Shown: positions 37,630 to 50,815 of the stretch, one piece after another
Position numbering within the stretch: the first letter of the stretch is position 1
Layout of the letters: the number at the start of each line of letters is the position of its first letter
From: Somniosus microcephalus
Taxonomy: Eukaryota
DNA: 64,000 nt
Direction: 5' to 3'
NCBI GenBank assembly: GCA_052327205.1
Contig: CM126215.1
Span: forward strand, 97,526,001 to 97,590,000
Notes under the pieces: generated by a model
The model's input: only the letters and a program-made list of their open reading frames with translations
What the model was told of the DNA's origin: nothing
The model's database searches: none
Made by a program: the position numbers and the translations under genes

Positions 37630-40600
37630 TTGCTTAACCTCAACCAATGTATCTAGCAACCGTAATTGTGATTGTAATTAGTTATCATTTAGTTGTTAAA
37701 TGAATGTTATGTACTGTTTATCTAAAAGGGGAGGAATTGTTGTGTATGTACCTTTAAGGGAATAACTGGTCTCAGACTGCAGTACCGGCAGTGACCACCC
37801 CTGTATAAAAGGCGCTAGCAAGCCTCTGTAGTTTCAGTTTCCCGATTTAAACAAGTCTTTACTGAATGGAGTCAATCAACTCCTGCTGTCCGTGTCTCAA
37901 TTATACACGGACATAATAAGAACCAACATGAGGGAAAAACCTACTTGACCTCGTCCTCACCAATCTACCTGTCACAGGTGCATCTGTCCATAACAGTATT
38001 GGTATCAGTAAACACCGCACAGTCATTGTGGAGAAGAAGTCCCGTCGTCACACTGAGGACACCCTCCATCGTGTTGTGTGACACTACCACCGTGCTAAAT
38101 GGGATAGATTCAGAACAGGTCTAGCAGCTCAAAACTGGGCATCCATGAGGCGCTGTGGGCCATCAGCAGCAGCAGAATTGTATTCCACCACAATTTGTAA
38201 CCTCATGGCCCAGCATATTCCTCACTCTACCATTACCGTCAAGCCAGGGGACCAACCCTGGTTCAATAAGGCATGTAAAAGAGCATGCCAGGAGCAGCAC
38301 CAGGAGTACCTAAATATGAGGTGCCAACCTGGGCAAGCTGCAACACAGGGCTGCATGCATGCTAGAAGGCAGAAGCAGCATGCTATAGACAGGGCAAAGC
38401 GATCCCACAATCAACGGATCAGATCAAAGCTCTGCAGTCCTGCCACATTCAGTCGTGAATGGTGGTGTACCATTATACAACTAATGGGAGGAGGATGCTC
38501 CATGAATATAGTCATCCTCAATGATGGTGGAGCCCAGCACGTGCGTGCAAAAGACAAAGCTGAAGCATTTGCAACCATCTTCAGCCAGAAGTGCTCCTCC
38601 TGAGGTCCCCACCATCACAGAAGCCAGTCTTCAGCCAATTCGATTTACTCCACGTGATATCAAGAAATGGCTGAACGCACTGGATACAGCAAAGGCTATG
38701 GACCCCGACAACATCCTGGCAATCGTGCTGAAGACTTGTGCTCCAGAACTAGCCGTGCCTCTAACCAAGCTGTTCCAGTACAGCTACAACACTGGCATCT
38801 ATCCAACAATGTGCAAAACTGCCCATGTATGTCCTGTCCACAGAAAAGCAGGACAAATCCAACCCGGCCAATTACCACCCCATCGGTCTACTCTCAATCA
38901 TCAGCAAAGTGATGGAAGGGGTCATCGACAGTGCTATCAAGCGGCACTTACTCACCAATAACCTGCTCACTGATGCCCAGTTTGGGTTCCACCAAGACCA
39001 CTTGGCTCCCGACCTCATTACAGCCTTGGTCCAAACATGGAAAAAGGAGCTAACTTCCAGAGGTGAGGTGAGAGTGACTGCCCTTGACATCAAGGCAGCA
39101 TTTGACCGAGTATGGCATCAAGGAGCCCTAGTAAAACTGAAGTCAATGGGAATCGGGGGAAAATGTTCCACTGGCTGGATTCATACCTAGCACAAAGTAA
39201 GATGGTTGTGGTAGTTGTTGGTCAATCATCACAGCCCCAGGACTTCGCTGTAGGAGTTCCTCAGGGCAGTGTCCTAGGCCCAACCATCTTCAGCTGCTTC
39301 ATCAATGACCTTCCCTCCAACATAACGTCAGAAATGGGGATGTTCGCTGATGACTGCACAGTGTTCAATGCCATTCACAACTCCTCAGGTAATGAAGCAG
39401 TCCATGCCCGCATGCAACAAGACCTGGACGACGTTCAGCCTTGGGCTGATAAGTGGCAGGTAACATTCGCACCACAAATGTGCCAGGCAATGACTATCTC
39501 CAACAAGCGAGAGTCTAACCACCGCTCCATGCCATTCAATGGCATTACCATCGCCAAATCCTCCACCATCAACATCCTGGGGGATCATCATTGACCAGAA
39601 ACTTAACTGGACCAGCCACATAAATACTGTGGCAACAAGAGCAGGTCAGAGACTAGGTATTCTGTGGCGAGTGTCTCACCTCCTGACTCTCCAAAGCCTT
39701 TCTACCATCTACAAGGCACAAGTAAGGAGTGTGATGGAATACTCTCCACTTGCCTGGATGAGTGCAGCTGCAACAACACTCAAGAAGCTCGACACCATCC
39801 ACGACAAAGCAGCCCGCTTGATTGGCACCCCATCCACCACCTTAAACATTCACTCCCTCCACCACCGGCGCACCGTGGCTGCAATGTTTATCATCTACAA
39901 GATGCACTGCAGCAACTCGCCAAGGCTTCTTCGGCAGCACCTCCCAAACCCGCGACCTCTTCCACCTAGAAGGACAAGGGCAGCAGGCACATGAGGACAC
40001 CACCACCTCCATGTTCCCCTCCAAGTCACACACCATCCTGACTTAGAAGTATATCGCCGATTCTTCATCGTTGCTGGGTCAAAATCCTGGAACTCCCTCC
40101 CTAACAGCACTGTGGGTGTACCTTCAACACATGGACTGCAGCGGTTCAAGAAGGCGGCTCACCAACACCTTCTGAAGGGCAATTAGGGATGGGCAATAAA
40201 TGCTGGCCTTGCCAGTGAAGCCCACATTGCATAAACAAATTTTTAAAAAGTGGTCACCCAAACTGCGTTTGGTCTCCCCAATGTAGAGGAGACAGGAACG
40301 TGAGCAGCGAATACAGTATACTAAGTTGCAAGAAGTACCAGTAAATCGCTGTTTCACCTGGAAGGAGTGTTTGGGGCCCTGGACGGTGGGAAGGGAGGAG
40401 GTAAAAGGGCAGGTGTTGCATCTCTTCTGTTTTTATTTCAGATTTCCAGCATCCGCAGTATGTTGTTTTGGTATCAGGAATGAAAGGAGCTGGATGCAGT
40501 ACACAACTATCTTTAATGACCATTCTATGTATCACAAGTCTAGCCTGAGAGCATCCTTGATGTACCCACGGTGTTCTGTCCGGTATCTAGCTCAATATTT

Positions 40601-41688
40601 ACGCATATAACTTTCAATCCTGTTCTTAGCCAGATATTTGTGCAGTACCCGTTCAAGGAATTAACTAGTTTTGATAGGAGTCTATTGCTTCATGGAGAAA
40701 AATATTTTCTAATTTCTGGCATTACTTCAGTGTTCCAATGCACTGTTCCAATGGAATGTTCCCATTTTGTGTTCCAATTCTGCCGATTGAATTGAATAAC
40801 TTGCTTACATCTATACCATTGATGCATTTCACCATCTAAAGACTCTGATCATGTCTCCTCTCCACCTTCTATTCTCCAATGAAAACAAATTCCATTTTTG
40901 TGACTTTGAAATTCCAAAATCCCTGTTCCTCTATATCCTCTCCAATTAATCGATGTTCTTTTTGAAGATAGAGAGCCTAAAATTGCACACAAAGATGGCC
41001 TACTGACGGTCACACAGGGTTAAAATAATGTTTAAATTAGGTTTGTTCACATGGCATTAGCTGTGATAGAAGGTCAGGTTTACTAATGGAATGTGAAGCT
41101 TATCAAAATACAATGAGCCTTAGCTGATTGGTAGTTAAATTTCATTATTTATTACTGATTATTTATTTCTGACCCATTTTTGAAAGTTGCCTTTGTAAAG
41201 ATAAGAAATGTTTGAGCTAATCAGATTGGGCAACAGTGAACACATTTTTAATGGTTTTCTAGCTGTTATTTTTCTGATTCTCTGTTTTTAATTGAAGATC
41301 CTCTAAAACAGATGTGTAAGCTCTGGTGAAATAATACATTTTTGGTTGCACTTTTATCTGCTTCTATGGTTTTCAATAAGCATTATACTGTAGATTGCTC
41401 AATGGTGATGTACTCGTTATTAACAGAAAGGAAACACTGCCATCTGCTGGGTGGCATAGCATAATGCAGTGGAAAACCTTAACTATGAAAGGAATTAACT
41501 GAATTTGGTTCAGAAAATTGGATTGATAGGAAAGTGTCTGCTGCTACACCTATGCTGGCTCAAGTTGCGAGAGGAACATTTTCAATTCAAGACCCAAGCA
41601 ATTTTGAAGATCACCAGTAGCCATAGGTTTGGGAAGATCTAGTCTGCTCTATAGGCAGTTTGTAGTGACAATTGTAAACTGGACTTAT

Positions 41689-43627
41689 AGAATAGAAACA
41701 TAAAATGGTTACAGCACAGAAGGAGGCCATTCAGCCCATCGAGCCTGTGCTAGCTCTCTGCAAGAGCACTTCAGCTAGTCCCACTCCCCCGACCTTTCCC
41801 TATAGCCCTGCAATTTTTTTCCTTCATACTTACCCAATTCCCTTTTGAAAGCCATGATTGAGTCTGCCTTGTAAGATTTGGATCACAGGTCACACACAGA
41901 TTCCCCAAAGGGTCTTAGGAGTTGTAAGGCTTTTTATTAGAGAACTACAGTTTAAGCATAATCAGATACTATACTGTAGACATACAACCCATGACAGATG
42001 AGGGTGATCTACGGCCCTGGAATGGAACGAAACGACCGTTGGGTCATCCCTCGAGCTGTTGGAGGTGTTAGGCTGTCAGCCTGCATTGATCTACCTCAGA
42101 GGCTAAACTTGACCAAAGTGTTAGGCCGTAGCCACCTCAGGGAAGCCTTCACCCCTAACTGCCTGTTTTCCTCTCTCGGTCGTCTGTTTTTGTACCTTAT
42201 TTCGATGGGCTGGTGGATACCTGGTGTCAATCATTTTTACCCATCCCATTGTCCAATTACAAGGGAGAGGCTACCTATGACAGCCCCCTCCCAGCCTCAT
42301 GAGGTAATTTTCCTCCTTATCTCTGTTCTAAAGGTCTTGTTGCCCTCTCATAGACAGCTTGTTTATCCTACAGCTCCTTGCTGCATCCCTTATCAGGCCT
42401 AGCTATGCCCACTCGAAGACCTGTTTTTGTGTTCTGACCTCGTAATTCAGCTTTCTGTACAGCTATTTTTCCTGACATGACTGGAATCTTTCTGTGTCAT
42501 CAACTTAGGCAAACTGCTGATCTAGGGAACCCATAACAGACTATTATTTCTTTCAATCCACGATTTCTTACAGCCTCCACCACCCTTTCAGGCAGTGCAT
42601 TCCAGGTCCTAATCACTCGCTGCGTAAAAATGTTTTTCCTCATGTCGCCTTTGGTTCTTCTGCCAATCACCTTAAATCTGTGTCCTCTGGTTCTCGACCC
42701 TTCTGCCAATGGGAACAGTTTCTCTCTATCTACTCTGTCTAGACCCTTCATGATTTTGAACACCTCTATCAAATCTCCACTCAACCTTCTCTGCTCTAAG
42801 GAGAACAACCCCAGCTTCTCCAGTCTATCCACGTAACTGAAGTCCCTCATCCCTGGAACCATTCTTGTAAATCTTTACTGCATCCTCTCTAAGGCCTTCA
42901 CATCCTTCCTAAAGTGTGGTTCCCATAATTGGACACTATACTCCAATTGAGGCCAAACCAGTGTTTTATAAAGGTTCATCATAAATTCCTTGCTTTTGTA
43001 CTCTATGCCTCTATTTATGAAGCCCAGGATCCCGTATGCTTTTTTAACCACTTGCTCAACCTGCCCTGACACCTTCAATGATTTGTGCACATATGCCCCC
43101 AGGTCTCTCTGTTCATGAACCCCCTTTAGAATTGTACCCTTTAGTTTATATTGCCTCTCCTCATTCTTCCTACCAAAATGTATCACTTCGCATTTTTCTG
43201 CATTAAATTTCATCTGCCATGTGTCCGTCCATTTCACCAGCCTGTCTATGTCCTCTTGAAGTCTATTGCTATCCTCCTCACTGTTCACTATACTTCCAAG
43301 TTTTGTGTCATCTGCAAATTTTGAAATGGTGCCCTGTACACCCAAGTCCAAGTCACTAATATATATCAAGAAAAGCAGTGGTCCTAGTACTGACCCCTGG
43401 GGAACACCACTGTATACCTTCCTCCAGTGTGAAAAACAACTGTTCACCACTACTCTCTGTTTCCTGTCACTTAGCCAATTTCATAGCCATGCCGCCACTG
43501 TCCCTCTTATTCCATGGGCTTCAACTTTGCTGGCAGGCCTATTATATGACACTTTATCAAACGCCTTTTGGAAGTCCATGTACACCACATCAACTGCATT
43601 GCCTTCATCAACCCTCTCTGTTACCTC
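41689..43627 (-). mobile_element. 5'-truncated CR1 LINE interrupted by a solo LTR
   Basis: YMDFQKAFDKV, GVPQGSVLGP, FADD and RTRGHRFK on minus. 3'UTR at 41689-41869. Confidence 0.92.
41870..42572 (-). mobile_element. Solo LTR (703 bp), ERV-like
   Basis: Perfect terminal inverted repeat TGTAAGA..TCTTACA, 4-bp TSD GCCT, and AATAAA on minus near 41935. Confidence 0.85.
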
Positions 43628-44039
43628 TGCTATAATTGAAAATTCTGGCCCTTGTGTTTGCAAATAATACTATAGATTGGGAAACCATAACAAAAAAATC
43701 CGAGCCCATTATGTGGAATCCCCTGAAACTGGATAAAAAATTTAGGACAGAAGGGGGCATTCAGCCCATCGTAGCTGTACAGCCACTAACTCCACATGAG
43801 CTATTGATTCTAAATGCATTTCTCTGTTCTTTCCTCATGCACTTTATTATTTCTCTTTTTCAAATGTTTATCTAATTTCCTCCTAAATGTCATGATTCAG
43901 TTGACTTCAAAAGCCCATTGAAACAACACATTTCATATTCCAATAACCCTTTGTGTGAAAATAATCTTTATAGTTCTAGCATTAATTCTAAATTTATGCC
44001 CCTTGTTACCAATTAACAGATAGTTAACAGGCAATTAAG

Positions 44040-44638
44040 AGGATTATCCCCATTTTTCCAGCAGAGGCGCGGGCTTCCCAACGTCGGGAAACCCTGCCAG
44101 GGTCACCGAGGCGAGCAGTGGGTCTGCGGGGTCCAAAAGTGCACTGTGGAGGTAAGTGATATGTGCAAGTGTGGAGAGGGAAGTGTGTGAGGTGAGTGAA
44201 AAGTGATAGAAAATGTTTACTTACCTTTGTTTCTTCCTGCAGGCTTCAACAGTTGGGGATCTGGAGACTCCCGCATCTCACCGGCAGAGATGACAGATGG
44301 CTGCTGCATTTTCCGATGTAACAGCCATCTAATTTCTGCTCACAAAAGAGGTTTGATGAGTCTTGAGTACAAGAACTCATCAAACTACAGAGAATGTCAG
44401 TGTTTGACAGCTTCACAGGGCTGTCAAATGATGACAATTCATTTGTCAAAACATCATATGCTGACGTTCTCTGTAACCGGCTTCCCCTTAATTGGCCTGC
44501 TAAGCCTGCTGGGCGGGCTTAACAAGGTCAATCAAGGGAAAATAGCGTGGGTTGGCCACAAGTCGATGGAGGCGGGACTAAAACCTGACAAGCAGCAGTC
44601 CCGCCTCCAACGCGCCCCCATTGACAAAATTGCCCCCA
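44040..44638 (-). mobile_element. Harbinger-like non-autonomous element related to 1-1206
   Basis: Internal similarity to 578-800 in reverse orientation. Ends in CAAAATTGCCCCC. Confidence 0.55.
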
Positions 44639-46832
44639 TGCTCTCAATATTGAGGTGCATAGTACTACTATTGTGGCCTAACCAATGCCTTGTATAGATT
44701 CATCATCACCTCCGTGATACCCCAAATGTAACACATTTAAGGACAGCACCTCATAAGGAAAACATTTGGCGCACCTTTATTTTCTTTGGCGAGGGAGAGA
44801 AGGTGGAAGAGCCCTATGTTACTCTCATTGCAATCATATTGTGCAAAAGTGACATAATGACACTTTACAGTATGATTTGAGTGGTTGCTCCATATGACTA
44901 CTAATGGAAAAAGTTTGCAAAACATTTTTCATGAAGAGTTATCTTGAAGGCATTAGCTATATACCAGATGCTATAACTCTACATGTAAGAATGTTTAGAA
45001 AGCCTATTCTCATTTTGCAAATACATAACGGTCTAAATCATATCAATGTGTTACTTACTTTTGATGTCTTTATAATGAAAATTGCACAATCAGTTTCATC
45101 TTCAAAGAAATAAAATATCTGTAACACATTCCCATTTATGGAAAATGCTTTTTTTGGGGAAGATAGTGCCACTTTAATATGGCATATAATATGCAGGAAT
45201 AAATTTCCTATATTGTGAGTGTTAAAAAATTGAATACAATTTTTTCCAAAAATAAAATGATTGCCAAATGCATCAAAATGAATATGTTAGAAGAACTGCA
45301 CAGATTTATGAATGCATGCACTTCTGTTTTTTATGACCATTGCATTTTCTGCCTGGGTTCAGCTGTCAATCTATAAATTAGCATTGCAATTCATGCAGTT
45401 ACAGTGTGTATTTTACAATCTGTGCAATACTTGAGAAATGTCTTCAGTAAGTTTCAAATCTAAAAAAGGAATTTAATGGAGTTAAATGCCAGTACCTCTA
45501 TGAATAAAAATGTAGTATTTCTGTGGATGGTTGGTATGGCTCGGTCAGTTTCATGGTGCACTTTAGCCTGAGGACATACCTGGGAAGATATTTCATAATT
45601 TTATATCTGTTGTTCATTATAATGCAGAGCCAGCTAGTGAAGATCACAATCAGTATACCAACATCCTGGAAACTCCTTTGTGGGGCAGTCCTCATAAGTT
45701 ATTCAAGTGTCATCCTCTTCTTTTACTCTGGCAGCTATACTTTCTTTCCTACTGGAGTTGGTGGACTGACATAATAAAGTTAAACTGAATGACTTTGAAG
45801 TGAACTGTGCAAGAGCATTCTGTTTTACTTTAGTATAATTTTGCACATGTATTTAGTATTGAATTCATTTTTTAAATTTAGTAGCAGACTAGATATTCAC
45901 AATGTATTCGAAACAAAATGTATTGCAATAGGTGACATGCTGGTACAGCATGTTGGAGCCTAAAATGCTCCAGCAATGCGTGATAAGTTGTGGCCTTGTG
46001 CCTATGATTTGTGGTCTCATTTATATTGCTGTTGTAATGCACTTAATGGAGGCCATATGTTGGCACATGGAGGAGTAGAGAAAAGTTAGTGTATCTGTCA
46101 CTTTAAGTCACTGTTATACAAAATGCAGTGCCTTTTTGGTCCTTTGTCATCATGAAGGATGTAGAGGAATTGGGAACAGAAAATAATAGTAATGAAAAGC
46201 TTTGCATCTAATGAATGTCAGTCAAGCTTCAGCTATCACACTTCAAAGTGTCAAAACTATTTTAAAAAAGCAAAAGCTAGTCATTGCCTATGGGTTATTC
46301 TGAACTTGATAACCTGGACTCTCCCCGAGGGCTAGGAACTGGGGAATTTACAGGCAGGTGCCAATCTATAGAAACTTCCCTCAATAAATCAGCTTTTTAT
46401 GACCTCAGAATATGCTTGGTTAGCTCACTTTCCCAAAGGGAGTACCTGAGCAGTGGCATTAAAGAAACAGGATAAGTTAAACAACATTCTATCTTAGCAG
46501 CTAAAGAAAATAACCATGTTCCAAGCCCCAGACAACATGTATCACCATGACAGACCAGCCATTTAAATGAAAAATGATGGGGATGATTTTTCTGACCTTT
46601 GCCCTGGGCAAAGCCCATTGCCTGGATACAAAGGTCACAAAAAAGGAGTGGCGTCTCTGCTCCTTTTACAATGCCTGGGATTTCTGGGAGTTGGTGGGAA
46701 TGTTGCTGGGCCTGCACCTGCAATAGGAGTCTGCGGCATCCTGGCAGCACGCTGAAGATCACTGCTGACATAACGCAGGTCAGAGATTTTCTCTAACCAG
46801 CATAATCTTAGGGCGTTGATGCCTTCTGTCTG

Positions 46833-48585
46833 CAACATCAACAACTTGCATTTATGCAGCTCCTTTAATGTAATTAAATTCCCAAAGCGCTTCACAGGAG
46901 CATTATCAAACAAAAATTGACACTGAGCCACATAAACAGATAGTAGGACAGGTGACCTAAATCTTGGTCAAAAAGGTAGGTTATTAGGAATACCTTAAAG
47001 GAGGAGAGAGAGGTAGCAAGGTGGAAAGGTTTAGGGAGGGAATTGCAGAGCTTAGGGTCTAGGCAGCTGAAGGCACGGCCGACAATGGTGGAGCCATTAA
47101 AATCAGGGATGCGCAAGAGGCCAGAATTAGAGCATTGCAGAGATCTCAGGGGGTTGGAGGGTTGGAGGAGGTTACAGTGATAGGGAGGGGAGTGGACGGG
47201 AGAAGTTATGGAGGTGGAGTAGGAGATCTTGGTGATGGAGTGGATATGGGGTCAGAGGCTCATCTCGGGGTCAAATAGGACGCCACAGTGGCGAACGGCC
47301 AGGTTCGGCCTCAGACAGTGGCCAGGGAGAAGGATAGAGTCCGTGGCTAGGGAACGGGGTTTGTGACAGGGACTGAAGACAATGGCTTTGGTCTTCCCAA
47401 TACTTAGTTGGAGGAAATTGCTGCTCATCCAGTATTGGATGTCAGACGAGCAGCGTAACAACTCAGAGGCAATGAAGGGGCCGAGATAGGTGGTGGTGAG
47501 GTAGAGCTGGGTGTCATCAGTGGAACCTGACACTGTGTTTTCAGGAGATGTCACCGAGGGGCATCATGTAGATGAGCAATAAGAGGGGGCCAAGGATAGA
47601 TCCTAGGGGAACTCCAGAGCGAACGGTGCAGAGGTCATTGCAGGTGATAATCTGGCTACGACTGGATAGTTAAAAATGGAACCAGATGAAGGCAGTCCCA
47701 CCCAGCTAGGCAGTGGAAGAGAGGCTTTGGAGGAGAATGCTGTGATCAATCATGTCAAAGGCTGCAGACAGGTTGAGAAGGACGAGGAGGGATAGTTTAC
47801 CACAATCAATCACATAGGATGACATTTGTGACTTTGATAAATGTTGTTTCAGTGCTGTGGCGGGGTGGAAACCTGATTGGCAGAGTTCAAACATGGAGTT
47901 GCAGAAAAGATGGACACAGATTTAGCAGTTGACAACATGCTCGAGGACTTTGGAGAGGAAAGGGAGGCTGGAGATGGGGCAGTATTTTGCAAGGACAGAG
48001 GGATCAAGACTGGGTTTTTTGAGGAGGCGGAGTGATGATGGCAGATTTAAAGGGGAGGGGGACAGTACCGGAAGAGAGGGAACTGTTAACAATATCAGCT
48101 AACATGGGGCCAGGAAGGGAAGTTGGGTGGTTAGCAGTTTGGTGGGAATAGGGTCGAGGGAGCAGGAGGTGGGCCTCATGGTCAAGATGAGCTCAGTGAG
48201 GGCAGGAGGGGAGGTAGGAAAGAAACTAGAGAAAAATGCGAGTTCAGGGCTACGGCGGGGGGGAACCTTAGGGGAAGTTTGGCTTCATGGGCTAGGGGAA
48301 GGAAGGGAAGTGGCAGAGGCAGCTTAAAGTTGGTCTCAATCTTAGTGACAAATAAGTCCATGAGCTCCTCGCACTTGTTATTGGAGATGAAGGTGGAGAA
48401 GGCAGGGGAGAGGGGTTTAAGAAGACGGTTTGTAGTGGAGAAGAAAAGCCGGGGGTTACCTTTGCATTCCAGGATGATCCTGGATTAGTGAGCAGTTTTG
48501 GCCGAGGAGCGCAGGACTCGATAGTGCTTTATGTGAACCAGACAAATATGGCGATGAATGGCTAAACCAGTTGTCCACCATAAAC
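46833..48585 (-). mobile_element. L2-type LINE fragment
   Basis: AAC tail; GRAFSCLDPKLCNSLP, DDTQLY and LSAAFDMIDH on minus. Confidence 0.85.
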
Positions 48586-48611
48586 ATTCAAGTATGCATC
48601 CCTTGGACTGC

Positions 48612-49197
48612 AATTATATAGGGCCCTGGTGAGACCACACCTGGAGTATTGTGTACAGTTTTAGTCTCCTTACCTAAGGAAGGATATACTTGCCATAGAG
48701 GGAGTGCAGCAAAGGTTCACCAGACTGGTTCCTGGGATGGGGGGATTGTCCTATGAAGACAGATTGAGTAGACTGGGCCTATATTCTCTAGAGTTTAGAA
48801 GAATGAAAGGTGACCTCATTGAAACATACAAAATTCTTACAGGGCTTGACAGGCTAGATGCAGGGAGGATGTTTCCCCTGGCTGGGGAGTCTAGAACCAG
48901 GGGTTACAGTCTCAGAATAAGGGGTCGGCCATTTTGGACTGAGATGAGGAGAAATTTCTTCACTCAGAGGGTGGTGAATCTTTGGAATTCTCCACCCCAG
49001 AGGGCTGTGGAGGCTCAGTCGTTGAGTATATTCAAGATAGAAAGCAATAGATATTTGAATATTAAGGGAATCAAGGGATATGGGGATAGTGCAGGAAAAT
49101 GGAGATGAGGTAGAAGATCAGCCATGATCTTATTGAATGGTGGAGAAGGCTTGAATGGCGAAATGGCCTATTCCTGCTCCTGTTTCTTATGTTCTTA
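48612..49197 (+). mobile_element. CR1 3' fragment
   Basis: ORF 48704-49108 is the CR1 ORF2 C-terminus, followed by the 3'UTR and TCTTATGT tail. Confidence 0.92.
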
Positions 49198-49765
49198 AGA
49201 GAGCGGAGATGAGGGTCGTACCAAGGGAACCACCCAGTCATTTTTCCAATCTCAAATATTTTTATAACTAATGAAAGAAAGTGTTCAAAGAAAATTAAAA
49301 AAAATACAATTCTTTTAATGCCCCTATGACTTTTCTCTTGGGTTGCTCGCAGTAGTATCCAGGAAATTCATCTTTAATTCATGGAGACTCCAGGACAATC
49401 ATGGAAAGTTGTCAACCCTACCGGAGGCTGTTGGCCAGAAATGCAACTGCAGGTCTGACAGACCTGAAGCTGTGCATGAATTTTCTCCCCCTCTTTACCA
49501 GTAGCAAGTCCTGCCAGGGAGTGATCCTGTGCCAGGGCATGCTAATCGCCCAGAGTAGGAAACACCAACGATCCTAACCCTGGACACATGAATCAGTGAC
49601 TTCAGGACCAGAGTGAAGATAACTGTGTAGGAGAAGGGAAAGGAGAATAAGGGTGGAAAGAAGGTGAGATTAACAACAACAGCAACTTTAATGTAGTAAA
49701 ACGTCCCAAGGCGCTTCACAGGAGCGTTATCAAACAAAATTTGACACCAAGCCACATAAGGAGAT

Positions 49766-50815
49766 AGCAAAATACTGCAGATGTTGGAAATCCGAAATAA
49801 CAACAGAAAATGCTGGAAAAACTCAGCAAGTCAGGCAACATCCGTGGAGAGAAATTTGAGTTGACGTTTCGGGTTTGACCCTTCTTCAAAACTGGAGAGA
49901 AAAGGAACTAGATCGAAGGCAGGGCTGCGATCGGACAAAAGAATAAAAGAACCAAAAGAAGTAAAAGAGATTAGAAGCTAGACGAGATGGTAATAGGCTG
50001 TGATTAGGTGTAAAGTGTACTGGCAGGGCAAAAGATAGCTGCCAGGTGTGAGAGAGAAACAAAAGGAAAGGGGGGGGGGGGGAAAGGAGAGGAGTGGAAA
50101 AATATAAGTGAAAATGAAATGGGGGCCGAGGTTATGATCTGAAATTGTTGAACTCGATATTGAGACCGGAAGGCTGCAGAGTGCCTAATCGGAAGATGAG
50201 GTGCTGTTCCTCGAGTTTACGTTGAGCTTCCGTGGAACAGTACAAGAGGCCAAGGACGGTGAGGTCCGAGTGGGAATGGAGCGGTGAATTGAAATGACAG
50301 GCGACCGGAAGCTCGGGGTCACCCTTACGCTCCATTCCCACTCGGACCTCACCGTCCTTGGCCTCTTGTACTGTTCCACGGAAGCTCAACGTAAACTCGA
50401 GGAACAGCACCTCATCTTCCGATTAGGCACTCTGCAGCCTTCCGGTCTCAATATCGAGTTCAACAATTTCAGATCATAACCTCGGCCCCCATTTCATTTT
50501 CACTTATATTTTTCCACTCCTCTCCTTTCCCCCCCCCCCTTTCCTTTTGTTTCTCTCTCACACCTGGCAGCTATCTTTTGCCCTGCCAGTACACTTTACA
50601 CCTAATCACAGCCTATTACCATCTCGTCTAGCTTCTAATCTCTTTTACTTCTTTTGGTTCTTTTATTCTTTTGTCCGATCGCAGCCCTGCCTTCGATCTA
50701 GTTCCTTTTCTCTCCAGTTTTGAAGAAGGGTCAAACCCGAAACGTCAACTCAAATTTCTCTCCACGGATGTTGCCTGACTTGCTGAGTTTTTCCAGCATT
50801 TTCTGTTGTTATTTC
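49766..50815. mobile_element. Penelope-like insertion forming a near-perfect inverted repeat, inside an L2 3' remnant
   Basis: Arms at 49794-50283 and 50328-50815 with a 44-bp spacer. TSD ACATAAGGAGAT (49754-49765 and 50816-50827). The GIY-YIG C-terminus is encoded on both strands. Confidence 0.93.

Larger units (their letters stand above)
32847..37918 (+). mobile_element. Ty3/Gypsy (Mag-like) LTR retrotransposon C, full length, related to A
   Basis: 181-bp LTRs at 32847-33027 and 37738-37918. TSD AGAAC (32842-32846 and 37919-37923). PBS TGGCGACGAG (tRNA-Ser(GCU)-like) at 33029. PPT AAAAGGGGAGGAAT. Confidence 0.97.
32683..40247 (+). mobile_element. Degraded APE-RT LINE (CR1-group), interrupted by Gypsy element C
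   Basis: APE remnant DFNVHHQEWLG, then ALDIKAAFDRVWH, GVPQGSVLGP and FADD. Colinear across the AGAAC TSD. Confidence 0.88.
32120..40470 (-). mobile_element. Penelope-like element fragment (32120-32682 and 40248-40470) split by a LINE
   Basis: GIY-YIG C-terminus (PVACHFN..RKLEEQHLIFRLSTLQPSGLN) on the left and N-terminus (NLVYCIRCSRSCLLYIGETKRSLGDHF) on the right. A short inverted terminal piece lies at 40423-40470. Confidence 0.85.

Noticed and set aside
40470-46800. Additional host exons in AT-rich unique stretches (also 21300-24400)
   Set aside because: The short ORFs have no recognisable protein similarity or consistent splice-site pairs. Conserved non-coding elements cannot be judged without alignments.
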